DNA of 64,000 nucleotides from Nitrospira japonica (GTDB lineage: Bacteria > Nitrospirota > Thermodesulfovibrionia > Thermodesulfovibrionales > SM23-35), in the NCBI GenBank assembly GCA_020725385.1, contig DYFC01000054.1, forward strand, positions 32,001 to 96,000. Reading direction: 5' to 3'. Positions within the stretch are counted from its first letter, which is position 1. Each line of letters starts with the position of its first letter. Positions 31,260-41,901 of this stretch are shown piece by piece. Below the pieces are notes generated by a model, which made no database searches, had not been told where the DNA came from, and worked only from the letters and a program-made list of their open reading frames with translations. Position numbers and translations under genes: made by a program.

Positions 31260-31904
31260 ATGAGTTTAAAAATTGAAATAAACGAATTACTCAAAGGGCG
31301 GAATTTTGAAGAACTTATAAATCGTTGCGATAAAGAAAAGCGCGCATGGCAGGAGGTGCGGTATAGACTATACTCGCTTGATGAAGTTATCCGCTGGGCT
31401 ACAATTGAGACAATTGGATATTTGATGAAATTCTGGTGGCAGGATAAGAGGGAAGAAAAAGTCAGAAATTATATCAGGACTTTATTTTGGTCAATGAATG
31501 ACGAATCAGGAGGAATTGGCTGGAGTTCACCCCAGACTGTTGCAGAAATAATAGCAAATATACCCGAAATAATAGACCCGTATGGAAGCATGATGATAGC
31601 TCATTGTATAGATGAGCCTCCACTTATTAAAGGGTGTCTCTGGGGAATCGGTCGCCTTGGTGTTTTAATAACTGATTCGGTTGAATTTTTTAAAAATCAG
31701 ATATTTAAGCTTTTTAATTCAGAAGACCCGGAAATTATCGGACTTTTATGCTGGGCAATGGGACAAGCAAAATTTATTCCTGCAAAATCTTATATAAAAC
31801 AAAAATTTTTTATAAGTGATCAAATAAAAATTTATATTAAAGGAAATTTTATTATAAAGCCTGTTTCTCTATGGGCAAAAGAAGCAATATCAAAAATTGA
31901 TTAG
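31260..31904 (+). CDS. HEAT-repeat protein (DVU0298-like)
   Basis: LFWSMNDESGGIGW motif; LWGIGR / WAMG HEAT-like repeats. Confidence 0.7.
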   Translation: MSLKIEINELLKGRNFEELINRCDKEKRAWQEVRYRLYSLDEVIRWATIETIGYLMKFWWQDKREEKVRNYIRTLFWSMNDESGGIGWSSPQTVAEIIANIPEIIDPYGSMMIAHCIDEPPLIKGCLWGIGRLGVLITDSVEFFKNQIFKLFNSEDPEIIGLLCWAMGQAKFIPAKSYIKQKFFISDQIKIYIKGNFIIKPVSLWAKEAISKID

Positions 31905-32043
31905 CGCATAACTTATTGATTTAAATCAAAAAATTATATAATATTTAATAGCTAAATTTAATCCCGCATAAAATAAATTCAAAATAAAGAAATGTAAAAT
32001 TATGATAATCAGGTGATTTAATTAAAATATAATAATTCCTTAC

Positions 32044-32072
32044 TTGACAAAAAAAAAAGAGTTGATTATCAT
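32044..32072 (+). promoter_or_regulatory. Putative sigma70 promoter of dsrAB
   Basis: TTGACA-N17-TATCAT upstream of dsrA. Confidence 0.65.
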
Positions 32073-32229
32073 TAAACACCTTTCTTTTGAGCTCAAAAAG
32101 CAGAATGTATATTTCTGTTTAAACAATGTTAGTAAAAATCTAATGCAGGAAGGGGGTGGAAGAAGCAGGTTAGGGAAGTATTAACAGTTCAAGTTTTTTA
32201 AAAAAAATCCTATCGTAAGGAGGTTACAT

Positions 32230-33669
32230 ATGGGAATCCCAGGACAAGAGAAGCTATGGGATAAAGAAGAAAAAGGCCACAGAACGTATAATGATGTAAG
32301 AATATTTACAGATGACCAATTAAATAATTATACCGAGGAAGAATTAAAAAACTTCAAGAACAAACATGATATTCCAATGCTTGAAGAGCTGGAAAAAGGG
32401 CCATGGCCCAGCTTTGTCAGCGATCTAAAAAGAGAAGCATTGCACAGAAGAAAACTCGGTAAGGATAATTTAATGATCGAGCAGGATGTTGCTGAAGATT
32501 TGCTCGGACTTATGGAGCTTTCTTATAAAGAAGGTGAAACTCACTGGAAACATGGAGGAATAGTCGGAGTTCTCGGTTATGGTGGAGGAGTTATTGGCCG
32601 TTATTGCGATCAGCAACAGAAATTTCCTGCTATTGCTCATTTCCATACTGTTCGTGTTGCCCAACCCGGTGGAAAATTCTATACAACCGATTATTTAAGA
32701 ACTTTCTGTGATATTGCCGAATATCGTGGAAGCGGTATTACAAATTTACATGGTTCAACAGGTGATATGGTTATTCTCGGAACATTTACAGATCAGCTAG
32801 AACCAATATTCTTTGATCTTACCCATGATCTTGGTGTAGATCTTGGTGGTTCCGGATCCAACCTTCGTACTCCCTCGGATTGTATAGGACCTGCAAGATG
32901 TGAATTTGCATGTTACGATACTTTGGATATGTGTTATAACTTAACAATGACATATCAGGATGAATTACACAGACCTGCTTTCCCGTATAAATTTAAATTT
33001 AAATTTGATGGATGTCCTAATGGTTGTGTCGCAAGTATTGCACGGTCTGATATGGCATTCATTGGAACATGGAAGGATGATATAAGAATTAATCAGGACG
33101 CAGTACAGGAATATGTAGCAAACAAAATACCCCGTGACGGTGGTGGAATGAGCGGAAAAGATTGGGGCAAATTTGATATTCAGGCTGAAGTTATTGACCT
33201 TTGCCCGACAAAATGTATGAATTGGGACGGGAAAAAACTTACAATTAATAATGCTGAATGTAACCGTTGTATGCATTGCATAAATACAATGCCCGAAGCA
33301 CTGAGAATAGGAAAAGATACAGGAGTTAGTATTCTCTTGGGCGCAAAAGCTCCTATTCTTGAAGGTGCGCAGATGTCTGTATTAACCATCCCGTTTGCTT
33401 ATGCAAAAAATCCATATGATAACATTAAAAATGGTGTAATAAGCAAAATCTTTGATTGGTGGATTGAAGAAGGAAAGAACCGTGAACGTCTTGGCGAACT
33501 CATACAACGTATGGGCTTGAAAACATTAATAGAAGTACTTGGTATTCCTGCAATGCCTCAGATGGTCAAAGAGCCTCGTTCCAATCCTTATGTATTCTTT
33601 AAAGAGGAAGAGGTTCCGGGTGGATGGACAAGAGATATTAACGATTACAGAAGCAGACATCCAAGATAA
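32230..33669 (+). CDS. dsrA: Dissimilatory sulfite reductase alpha subunit
   Basis: GPWPSFV, THWKHGG, CIGPARC, FPYKFKFKFDGCPNGC, CNRCMHC. Confidence 0.98.
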   Translation: MGIPGQEKLWDKEEKGHRTYNDVRIFTDDQLNNYTEEELKNFKNKHDIPMLEELEKGPWPSFVSDLKREALHRRKLGKDNLMIEQDVAEDLLGLMELSYKEGETHWKHGGIVGVLGYGGGVIGRYCDQQQKFPAIAHFHTVRVAQPGGKFYTTDYLRTFCDIAEYRGSGITNLHGSTGDMVILGTFTDQLEPIFFDLTHDLGVDLGGSGSNLRTPSDCIGPARCEFACYDTLDMCYNLTMTYQDELHRPAFPYKFKFKFDGCPNGCVASIARSDMAFIGTWKDDIRINQDAVQEYVANKIPRDGGGMSGKDWGKFDIQAEVIDLCPTKCMNWDGKKLTINNAECNRCMHCINTMPEALRIGKDTGVSILLGAKAPILEGAQMSVLTIPFAYAKNPYDNIKNGVISKIFDWWIEEGKNRERLGELIQRMGLKTLIEVLGIPAMPQMVKEPRSNPYVFFKEEEVPGGWTRDINDYRSRHPR

Positions 33670-33689
33670 TATAAAGGAGGGTATATATT

Positions 33690-34868
33690 ATGTCTAAGGG
33701 CAAATTTGGTTATTACAATCCTCAAAAGCCTCAGGAAAACAGGATAACAGATGTTGGTCCTGTTCACTATATGCAGTTATTACCACCGAGCCTGAGGAAG
33801 AATTACGGACAATGGGTTTCTCACAGGGTTATTGAACCCGGAATCCTTATGCATGTTGCTGAATCAGGAGACAAAGTATATTCAGTAAGATGCGGTGGTG
33901 CACGTATTATGTCTGCAGAACACATCCGTGAAATTTGTGATATTGCAGATAAATTTGCAAATGGTTATGTTAGATGGACAACCAGGAATAATGTAGAATT
34001 TATAGTTGACAGCGAGCAAAAAGCAAAAGACCTTAAAAAAGAACTTGATAACAGAAAATTTGTGGCAGGTTCTCATAAATTTCCTGTTGGTGGTACAGGT
34101 AATTGCATAACAAATATTGTTCATACACAGGGATGGATTCACTGCCATACTCCTGCTACAGATGCATCGGGACCTGTCAAAGTTGTTATGGACGAATTAT
34201 TTGACTATTTTAAATCCATGACATTACCGGCAAAACTTAGAATCTCACTTGCATGTTGTCTTAATATGTGCGGTGCTGTTCATTGCTCGGATATTGCTAT
34301 GCTCGGCTATCACCGTAAACCACCTGCAGAAGACCATGAAGTTCTTGGTAAGGTTTGCGAAATTCCATTGGTTGTCGCAGCATGTCCGTTGTATGCGATT
34401 AAACCTATTACACTTGAAGATGGAAGGAAAAGTGTAACAGTAAATAAAGAAAAATGTATGTATTGTGGTAACTGCTATACAATGTGTATGGCTTTGCCAC
34501 TTGCTGACAAGGAAGGTGACGGTGTTGCAATACTTGCAGGCGGTAAGATCTCGAACAGAATAAATCCTCCTAAATTCTCAAAAGTTATAGTTCCATGGCT
34601 TCCAAATAATATGCCGCGTTGGCCTGAAGTTGTTTCAACTATCAAGAAGATCGTTGAAGTATATGCAAAAGAAGCGAATAAATATGAACGTCTTGGTGAC
34701 TGGGCAGAAAGAATCGGCTGGGAAAGATTCTTTGAGAAAGTTGGTCTTGAATTCTCCTGGCACTTGCTTGATGATTATCGTCTTGCTTATGATACATTCA
34801 GAACATCAACCCAGTTTAAATATACCGACCATGCATGGGCTGTATCAAAAGCTGCTGGTGTTATATAA
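33690..34868 (+). CDS. dsrB: Dissimilatory sulfite reductase beta subunit
   Basis: [36 protein letters not shown]. Confidence 0.98.
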   Translation: MSKGKFGYYNPQKPQENRITDVGPVHYMQLLPPSLRKNYGQWVSHRVIEPGILMHVAESGDKVYSVRCGGARIMSAEHIREICDIADKFANGYVRWTTRNNVEFIVDSEQKAKDLKKELDNRKFVAGSHKFPVGGTGNCITNIVHTQGWIHCHTPATDASGPVKVVMDELFDYFKSMTLPAKLRISLACCLNMCGAVHCSDIAMLGYHRKPPAEDHEVLGKVCEIPLVVAACPLYAIKPITLEDGRKSVTVNKEKCMYCGNCYTMCMALPLADKEGDGVAILAGGKISNRINPPKFSKVIVPWLPNNMPRWPEVVSTIKKIVEVYAKEANKYERLGDWAERIGWERFFEKVGLEFSWHLLDDYRLAYDTFRTSTQFKYTDHAWAVSKAAGVI

Positions 34869-34889
34869 TTAAAAGTAAGGAGAATTAAA

Positions 34890-35147
34890 ATGGGAAGAGA
34901 AGAAGATATCAGGCAAGCAATTCTTGATTATGGCTCAAAAGGCGCGAAATCAAAATTCTATTTTAAAGATATGCTTGCAGGCGTGAAAAAAGTTATACCC
35001 GATGCAGGAGCCTCTGAAGTAAAAAATGTTGCTTCAAAAATGGTGGCAGAAGGTGTAATGGAATATTTTTCAACAGGGAGTTCTACTATGTATGGTGTAA
35101 AGGGAAGGGGTATCTCTGTTGAAAAATCAGGTGATTCGGGCGGATAA
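34890..35147 (+). CDS. dsrD: Dissimilatory sulfite reductase D
   Basis: KSKFYFKD, YFSTGSSTMYG; follows dsrB. Confidence 0.92.
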   Translation: MGREEDIRQAILDYGSKGAKSKFYFKDMLAGVKKVIPDAGASEVKNVASKMVAEGVMEYFSTGSSTMYGVKGRGISVEKSGDSGG

Positions 35148-35181
35148 AATTATTTTACTGTTTTAAGTTGTACTGATTGAA

Positions 35182-35222
35182 AATGCACATGGGGGTATAA
35201 AAGGCTCCCATGTGCATTATTT
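35182..35222 (+). terminator. Hairpin terminator after dsrD
   Basis: aatgcacatggg...cccatgtgcatt followed by T-rich sequence. Confidence 0.7.
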
Positions 35223-35317
35223 ATCTGCTGCAGGAATAGACTATCTTTTCTTAAAATTATTCTATGGCCTGCCTATTACATGAAAATTTCTTAAATAATG
35301 AAGTAACAGGATAATTT

Positions 35318-36037
35318 ATGGATAAATTAAAAAATGTAGAAGAATTTATCGCTGAACAGAAACTCAGATTATTACAGAAACCTGATTGTGCTACATCTTT
35401 GTACAATTTAGGTGTAGCTTTAATGTCAGAAGGTAAATTTGATGAAGCTATAGATGCTTTTGAAGAATCTATTGAAACCGGCGTAAGAATGTTTGAATCA
35501 TTTGTAAATCTTGGGTACATCTACTACAAAGAAGGAGACCTTGAGAAGGTTGTAAAAGCTAATCAGCGGGCAGTAGAAATTGAGCCAAGATACGCTCGCG
35601 GGTATTCGAATATAGGATTTGCATATCTTCAGATGGGAAAAACTGACGAGGCGATTCAGGCTCTTGAAAAAGCGCTTGAACTGAATCCGAATATTGTTCA
35701 GGCGATGTGTAATCTTGCGAATGCATATCTTCAGAAAGGGGATCTTGAAAAAAGCCTTGAGATGAATAAGAAGATGCTTGAACTTGCACCAAATTTTGCA
35801 CTTGGTCATAATAATCTCGCTAATGTTTATTATTCTATTGGTGAATTTGAAAAAGCAATAGAGTCATGTGACAAAGCAATAGAACTCGGGTTTGATGTTC
35901 ATCCGGATTTCCTAAAATTACTTGAACCATATAGAAAGAAGATTAAAAAACAAGCCAATTCAAGGGGTAAAAAGAAACAAGCAATAGCGACTGAAAATAA
36001 GAAAGTTACAAAGAAAAAAGAGAAGAAAAATGATTGA
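35318..36037 (+). CDS. Tetratricopeptide repeat protein
   Basis: Repeated NLG/NLA..Y...G...A...P TPR units. Confidence 0.9.
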   Translation: MDKLKNVEEFIAEQKLRLLQKPDCATSLYNLGVALMSEGKFDEAIDAFEESIETGVRMFESFVNLGYIYYKEGDLEKVVKANQRAVEIEPRYARGYSNIGFAYLQMGKTDEAIQALEKALELNPNIVQAMCNLANAYLQKGDLEKSLEMNKKMLELAPNFALGHNNLANVYYSIGEFEKAIESCDKAIELGFDVHPDFLKLLEPYRKKIKKQANSRGKKKQAIATENKKVTKKKEKKND

Positions 36038-36677
36038 TAACCTGTTTTCAGAATATGAGACAATAACAAAAAAAGCTGATATTCTTTTTCATACTGTGAA
36101 AGAAAAATATCCTGACAGCGTGAGATGTAGAATCCGATGCTGCGATTGTTGTCATGCTGTTTTTGGAATATTTCCAATAGAAGCTGCTTTCATCAATTAT
36201 CATTTCAATAGGCTTGAAAGAAAGATGAGAAGAGATATTTTAAGGAGGGCAGAAAAAGGGGAAAATGAGATGCTCAAAGCCAAAGATGTTCTCAAAGTTT
36301 TTGAGGAAGACCCGAAAATGAAAGTTTATGGTCTTGGCAAACAGCGTGTGAGATGCCCCTTTTTAAGTGATAGGGATGAATGTCAGTTTTATGAGCACCG
36401 TCCCGTGATTTGTAGAATATATGGAATACCATATAGCCTTGAAAAAGATAAAAAGACCCGTTCTTATGTTTGCGGACTTTCTGCATTTGAAGAAAAGGCA
36501 ACATATCCTACAGTAAAACTTGACAAAATTTATGATCAACTCTGTAAACTTTCTCTGGAGCTTCTGAAAGAGGGCAAGGCATTGCATGCAGAAACGAAAG
36601 CAACTTTAATGATACCACTTGCAAGGGTATTGAGAATGCCATTTAAAGATATTATTGAAGGAAAGTTTCAAGAGTAA
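36030..36677 (+). CDS. YkgJ-family cysteine-cluster protein
   Basis: CRIRCCDCC, RCPFL, C.FYEHRPVICRIYG. Confidence 0.88.
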   Translation: MIDNLFSEYETITKKADILFHTVKEKYPDSVRCRIRCCDCCHAVFGIFPIEAAFINYHFNRLERKMRRDILRRAEKGENEMLKAKDVLKVFEEDPKMKVYGLGKQRVRCPFLSDRDECQFYEHRPVICRIYGIPYSLEKDKKTRSYVCGLSAFEEKATYPTVKLDKIYDQLCKLSLELLKEGKALHAETKATLMIPLARVLRMPFKDIIEGKFQE

Positions 36678-37791
36678 AAATAAACTCGTCTACATGAGCC
36701 TCAAGGTTTTCATTTATCACAGGAAAATCTTTAGTGTTTTCAAAATTTTCAACAATAGGCATAAATGTTTTTAATAGGTTCTCTTTATTGAAAGATTTTA
36801 AGAGTCTTATAAAATCTGTTACACTTCCAAAATTTTCGATAAAATCTTCTTTCGATTCCAAACCTTCCAAAAATCCTTTTAATGTTGCTTTAAGGCAATC
36901 AATGTCAGCCCATACGATATTTCCTGTGCCATCTATTTTGTCCAGCCTCATTTGAATGGATAAATGTAGTAGAAAATAAAACAATCCAATTACAGGATTA
37001 AGATTCCCGGATTCATCGGATCCCATAAAAGGCTCATAACCACGAACTGTTGTTAATTTTACAGAAACATTATTTTTGATTTCAATTTGATTCTTTTCAT
37101 CTTTCAAGTTAATTTTAGCAACAAAATCGCCTGCTGCATGGTGCCATGGATATATTAGTCTGAAATTATTTACGTCGTAATATAAGGTAAGTATCATAGC
37201 TGATTGGCGATAAAGCTCATAAGATTGTTCGTTAGAAAGGAGGCTTTCGCCTTTGCCATACTCCCAGAATTTCACTTTGCTCTTGCCGTCTTTTATTTCA
37301 GAGATGTGAAATTCATGATAATCTTCAAACCACTCTTCAACAAGAAAAACCATAGCATCATTTTCATCGAGGGAATAAGGTTCAGGAATATATTTAAAAT
37401 TAAATTTGTTAAGCAGCATTTCAAGAATTGCAAATTCTTTTTTAAGAGAATCTTTTCCTGTTTCTGTTATCGCGACGTTAAGGCCGAATTTAATTCTATT
37501 TTCATTAAAAAAAATTTCCAGGCTTGCTGGGTGATAAAGAGCACCATGTTTTTCGGTTCTCACAATAATTTTCTGAATCTCATTTAGTTTTATTTCGGTG
37601 CGGACCGCTTTATTTATTGAAGAGATGATAGAAGAATATTTGTTTTTTAAAAGGAAATTCTTAATTGAATCGAAGTATGTTTTGTATGAAGTTTTTAACG
37701 GGTCTCCTTCCAACGGGAAATCAAGTTTTTTTTCGTCAATCGGAATATCTCCGGCTGGAGATGCAACAAGGAACTTTATTTCAGGAATCAT
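36652..37791 (-). CDS. Conserved hypothetical protein
   Basis: 379-aa ORF with EKHGALYHPA, WFEDYHEFH, WHHAAGDFV motifs; coupled to the upstream HEAT gene. Confidence 0.7.
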   Translation of the reverse strand: MIPEIKFLVASPAGDIPIDEKKLDFPLEGDPLKTSYKTYFDSIKNFLLKNKYSSIISSINKAVRTEIKLNEIQKIIVRTEKHGALYHPASLEIFFNENRIKFGLNVAITETGKDSLKKEFAILEMLLNKFNFKYIPEPYSLDENDAMVFLVEEWFEDYHEFHISEIKDGKSKVKFWEYGKGESLLSNEQSYELYRQSAMILTLYYDVNNFRLIYPWHHAAGDFVAKINLKDEKNQIEIKNNVSVKLTTVRGYEPFMGSDESGNLNPVIGLFYFLLHLSIQMRLDKIDGTGNIVWADIDCLKATLKGFLEGLESKEDFIENFGSVTDFIRLLKSFNKENLLKTFMPIVENFENTKDFPVINENLEAHVDEFIFTLETFLQ

Positions 37792-38864
37792 TGTCTTGAT
37801 ATTTTCGAAATAGCTTCTTTCACTATCCCGGAAATTGTTGTTTCCTGAAGGCTTCCATTGTGCCAGATGGAGACACTTGTTTGATCATCTTCAAGATTTC
37901 TTAATTTATCAATAACATCATTAAATCCTATGTTTCCAAGTGCCCAAGCAGCATAACCACGAACAGCAGGATCTTCGTCATCAAGAAAGGAAGTTAGAGC
38001 GCGAAAGGAGTATTTTACAAGCCCTGGTTCAACTTCGGCAATTTTACCGATAGCCCACGAAACCTGTTTTCTGAAGTTTTTTTGTACTAAGAATGACAAA
38101 AGTGGCTTGGTGAATTCACCGAACATATCTGGAAGATTGCTTATAATTGAACCAATTGTTTCCAATGCACCCCATGCAGATGCTCCGGGATAAGCTGCGC
38201 TTTGAAGAAGGTTATTTATAAATTTATTTACAATATCGGGTTTTTTTTTAGCAACATTTTTACAGATAAATCCAAGAATGTTTATAATCTTCCAGCGAAG
38301 ATTTTCATCAGGAGTATAAAGCATTTTTTGTAATTCTTTTATTACACGACTATCTTCTTTTGCAAGACTCGCGAGTTCTTCTAAACTGTTTTTTCTGACG
38401 TATTCCTGAACTTTTTCTTTTGAGAAATTTTCTGAACGCAGACTTGTTTTAGGCATGGGCTGCAAAATTTTTGTTTTTTCTTTAATTTTTTCTTCTGTTG
38501 TTTCACGAAATTCATCGTGAAGTCTTACAAAAACAAGAGCACCTCTGACATAACGGTCGTGATAGAATTTTTCCGGGATTACCTTGTGAGTTGTAATATC
38601 ATAATTGCCTATGACCGCATCATCATAATCCTGACCGTATGACAGTGAAAATGCAAAATAATCATCGTCATTGCATGCAAATAATAAAGCTTCGATAAAA
38701 GCAGAACCCATATTATGGCCGGTAATATCGAATGCATATACCGCGCTGCAATGCTCGCAGACGCCAAGAGGGTATTCAAGTATTTTTCTACCAAGTTGTT
38801 CTTTCGGTGGTTCTAAAGTATGGTAGCAGAAAGGACATCTTAATTCTTCCGGAGTTGCTTTCAT
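37788..38864 (-). CDS. Zn-ribbon plus HEAT-repeat protein (DVU0298-like)
   Basis: CPFC...CEHC at the N-terminus; WAIGKIA and VRGYAAWALGNIG HEAT/PBS-lyase repeats. Confidence 0.75.
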   Translation of the reverse strand: MKATPEELRCPFCYHTLEPPKEQLGRKILEYPLGVCEHCSAVYAFDITGHNMGSAFIEALLFACNDDDYFAFSLSYGQDYDDAVIGNYDITTHKVIPEKFYHDRYVRGALVFVRLHDEFRETTEEKIKEKTKILQPMPKTSLRSENFSKEKVQEYVRKNSLEELASLAKEDSRVIKELQKMLYTPDENLRWKIINILGFICKNVAKKKPDIVNKFINNLLQSAAYPGASAWGALETIGSIISNLPDMFGEFTKPLLSFLVQKNFRKQVSWAIGKIAEVEPGLVKYSFRALTSFLDDEDPAVRGYAAWALGNIGFNDVIDKLRNLEDDQTSVSIWHNGSLQETTISGIVKEAISKISRQ

Positions 38865-39051
38865 TATTCTTTCCTCAGTATAATATTAGACTTTTTGCTC
38901 CTTATATTATATTCTATAGAGCTAAAAATTTTCTTACCCAACCGGAATGAATTTATGTAATCTATCAAATATATTCTTGACTTTTATTAAAAAGCATAGA
39001 TATTGTAAATCTTTGAAGAGAAATAATTTAGAATCAGGGAAAGGAGAATAG

Positions 39052-39294
39052 ATGCCGATTTACGAATTCAAATGTTTAAAATGTGGACACATATTTGAAC
39101 TTTTAAAATTAAAGAAAGACAGTGAAAAAGCTTCAATGAAGTGCCCCGAGTGTAATGCGGAAGAGATTGAAAGAGTATTAAGTGTTGTAAGCTATGTAAA
39201 AGCACCCGAGGGTAGAAAAACAAAAAGGACAATGAAAAGCTGCGGTAGTGGTACCTGTGCTACTTTTGAAGTGCCGGGACCAAGCCGGAGATGA
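39052..39294 (+). CDS. FmdB-family zinc ribbon protein
   Basis: [12 protein letters not shown]...CPEC. Confidence 0.9.
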   Translation: MPIYEFKCLKCGHIFELLKLKKDSEKASMKCPECNAEEIERVLSVVSYVKAPEGRKTKRTMKSCGSGTCATFEVPGPSRR

Positions 39295-40688
39295 TAAGTT
39301 CTCCACGAATTATAATTGCTGGACTTGGAGGGGATACAGGAAAGACAGCAATCAGCGTTGGCTTATGCCATTACTGGCAGAAAAAAGGTATCAAGGTTAT
39401 TCCATTTAAAAAAGGACCTGATTATATTGATATGGGATGGCTTGAGAGGGCAGCAAGACATCCTTGTTATAATCTTGACCTTTTTATGATGAATAAAGAA
39501 CAGGTACTCACTTCATTTGCTATACATTCAGCAGAAGCTAATGGTATCGCAGTCATAGAAGGTAATAGAGGTCTTTACGATGGAATGGATATAGAAGGCA
39601 GTGTAAGTACTGCCGAGGTTGCAAAATTAATCAAATCTCCTGTTATTTTAATAGTTGACTGTACAAAGGTAACCCGAACGGTTTCAGCTATTGTATTTGG
39701 ATGTCAGATGTTTGATAAGGATGTTTCAATAAAGGGGGTAATTCTTAACAAACTTGCCACTTCAAGGCATGAAGATATAATTAAGAAAAGTATTGAATAT
39801 TATTGTAAAATACCTGTTATAGGAGGAATTCCAAAATTAAAAGATGTTACTTTTCCAGGGAGGCATCTTGGATTGGTTCCGCCACAGGAACACCCGCAGG
39901 CTGAAGAAGCTATTGAAACATCATCTGACATAGTTTCAAAGTATTTAGACATCGATTTAATACTCGATATTGCTAAAGATTCACCTTCAATAGATTTTAC
40001 TCCGAAAGAACAAATTGAACCAATAAAAAAGAAAGCAAGAATAGGCATTATAAAAGATTCTGCTTTTCAGTTTTATTATCCCGAGAATATAAATTCCTTA
40101 AGGATTGAAGGAGCTGAAATTGTTGAATTCAGTGCTTTGAGAGATAGACTTCCATCTGAATTGGATGCTCTTTATATAGGTGGTGGCTTCCCGGAGACAC
40201 ATGCCGAACAATTAGCAGAAAATAAAGAATTAAGAAGATCAATAAGAGAAGCCGCTTTTCAAGGATTACCTATATATGCAGAATGTGGCGGTTTAATGTA
40301 CCTCTGTGAAGAACTTATCTGGAATGAAAAGCATTATCCTATGGCAGGCGTATTCCCTATAACCATCGGGGTTAGCAAAAAACCGCAGGGACATGGTTAT
40401 GCCGAAGTTCTTGTGACAGGGAGAAATCCATTTTTTAGAACCGGAAGTATTTTGAGGGGACATGAATTCCATTATTCATATGTTCTGGAAATAAAAGATG
40501 AAAAGGTTTTTTCTTTTGTATTTAAATTAAATAAAGGCAACGGAGTTGTTAAAGGCTTTGATGGTTTATACAGGGAAAAAACACTCGCAACCTATGTGCA
40601 TTTACATTCCTACGGAACTTCTGAATGGGCAAAAGGCTTGGTAACTGCGGGTGAAAATAATAGAAAAAAAAATATTATCAGTAAATAA
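39291..40688 (+). CDS. dsrN: Cobyrinate a,c-diamide synthase-like siroheme amidase
   Basis: [35 protein letters not shown]; inside the dsr locus. Confidence 0.88.
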   Translation: MISSPRIIIAGLGGDTGKTAISVGLCHYWQKKGIKVIPFKKGPDYIDMGWLERAARHPCYNLDLFMMNKEQVLTSFAIHSAEANGIAVIEGNRGLYDGMDIEGSVSTAEVAKLIKSPVILIVDCTKVTRTVSAIVFGCQMFDKDVSIKGVILNKLATSRHEDIIKKSIEYYCKIPVIGGIPKLKDVTFPGRHLGLVPPQEHPQAEEAIETSSDIVSKYLDIDLILDIAKDSPSIDFTPKEQIEPIKKKARIGIIKDSAFQFYYPENINSLRIEGAEIVEFSALRDRLPSELDALYIGGGFPETHAEQLAENKELRRSIREAAFQGLPIYAECGGLMYLCEELIWNEKHYPMAGVFPITIGVSKKPQGHGYAEVLVTGRNPFFRTGSILRGHEFHYSYVLEIKDEKVFSFVFKLNKGNGVVKGFDGLYREKTLATYVHLHSYGTSEWAKGLVTAGENNRKKNIISK

Positions 40689-40865
40689 AATTTTTTTATT
40701 TGACCATCTGTATGTCTTTGTATTAAGTTGTATAACCCATTCAAAAGGAAATCATTATTATATTTTATTCTATTGAAAGACATAAGAATTATGTGTTAAG
40801 ATACTCGGGCTGAAAATCAGGCATATTTTTCAACAAAATAAACCAAAGTAAAAGGAGGAACAAAA

Positions 40866-41201
40866 ATGCCGTATTTAGAATTTGAAGGACAGCAGTATGA
40901 GGTTGATGAGGATGGCTATCTTGTTGACTGGCAGGCATGGAAAGAAGGAATGGCTCAGGTTATGGCAGCTCAGGATGGCATAACACTCGGGAATGAACAC
41001 TGGGAAATTATTAAATTTCTAAGAGAGTATTTCATCAAATTCCAGATTGCTCCGATGATTAAGATCCTTGTCAAAGAGATTGGTAAAGCTTTTGGTCCGG
41101 AAAAAGGCAACACAAAATATCTTTATGAGTTATTCCCGGGCGGACCTGCAAAACAGGCTTGTAGGTATGCCGGACTTCCTAAACCAACAGGTTGTGTATA
41201 G
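40866..41201 (+). CDS. dsrC: Sulfur carrier DsrC
   Basis: DEDGYL, LFPGGPAKQAC, AGLPKPTGCV (both C-terminal Cys present). Confidence 0.97.
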   Translation: MPYLEFEGQQYEVDEDGYLVDWQAWKEGMAQVMAAQDGITLGNEHWEIIKFLREYFIKFQIAPMIKILVKEIGKAFGPEKGNTKYLYELFPGGPAKQACRYAGLPKPTGCV

Positions 41202-41211
41202 TTAGTATATT

Positions 41212-41253
41212 TGAAGAGCAGGAAGTTGAAATTTCCTTGCCTCCTGCTCTTCA
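41212..41253 (+). terminator. Hairpin after dsrC
   Basis: tgaagagcagga...tcctgctcttca inverted repeat. Confidence 0.6.
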
Positions 41254-41333
41254 TGTTTAAGATTTCTGAAAACACAATTCTTTCTTCGTTTTTACTATAA
41301 CTGTAATGGCAAAAGGAGAAGTATAGACGGGAT

Positions 41334-41897
41334 ATGGGTTTTAAAGAAATTCTCTCAGAAAAAAAGCCTCTAATCGTTGAAAAATGGCTTGATGCTATTT
41401 TAAATAATTATCCTGCCGATGCTTCTAAGTTTTTTAAGAAGCAGAAAGATGGTTTCCGGAATCCTGTGGGCTATACTATTTCGACAAGCATTAAAGGTCT
41501 TTTTGATGAGATAATTGAAGACCCTGAATCAGAAAAAATATATCCTTATCTTGATGATATTATGAAAATTAAGGCAGTTCAGGATTTCTCTCCTTCAAAA
41601 GCAGTCCAATTTATCTATCTTTTAAAGAAAATTATAAGAATAGAGCTCGACAATGAAATCACACAAAAAAATCTCTCAAATGATTTGAAAATATTCGAAG
41701 ACCAATTGGATAAACTTGCTCTTCTTGCCTTTGATATTTATATGCTTTGCAGGGAGAGAATTTTTGAAATCAGAGTAAAAGAACTTAAGAATATGTCATA
41801 CAGACTTTTAAAAAGAGCAAATCTTGTCCGGGAATTAGAGGAACAAGAGTCTAACTTTGCAGCTGAAACAGTATTAACTCAAAACATAAAGGGGTAA
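41334..41897 (+). CDS. dsrT: DsrT (RsbRD N-terminal domain)
   Basis: FRNPVG, KAVQDFSPSKAV, AFDIYMLCRE; directly before dsrM. Confidence 0.9.
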   Translation: MGFKEILSEKKPLIVEKWLDAILNNYPADASKFFKKQKDGFRNPVGYTISTSIKGLFDEIIEDPESEKIYPYLDDIMKIKAVQDFSPSKAVQFIYLLKKIIRIELDNEITQKNLSNDLKIFEDQLDKLALLAFDIYMLCRERIFEIRVKELKNMSYRLLKRANLVRELEEQESNFAAETVLTQNIKG

Positions 41898-41901
41898 GAT
41901 T

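Noticed and set aside
32230-32370. N-terminal extension of DsrA as a novelty
   Set aside because: From recall it resembles the extension in Nitrospirota DsrA, so it is treated as a lineage trait (not database-checked)
39291-40688. cbiA/cobB of cobalamin synthesis
   Set aside because: Its position within the dsr cluster fits the paralogue DsrN better
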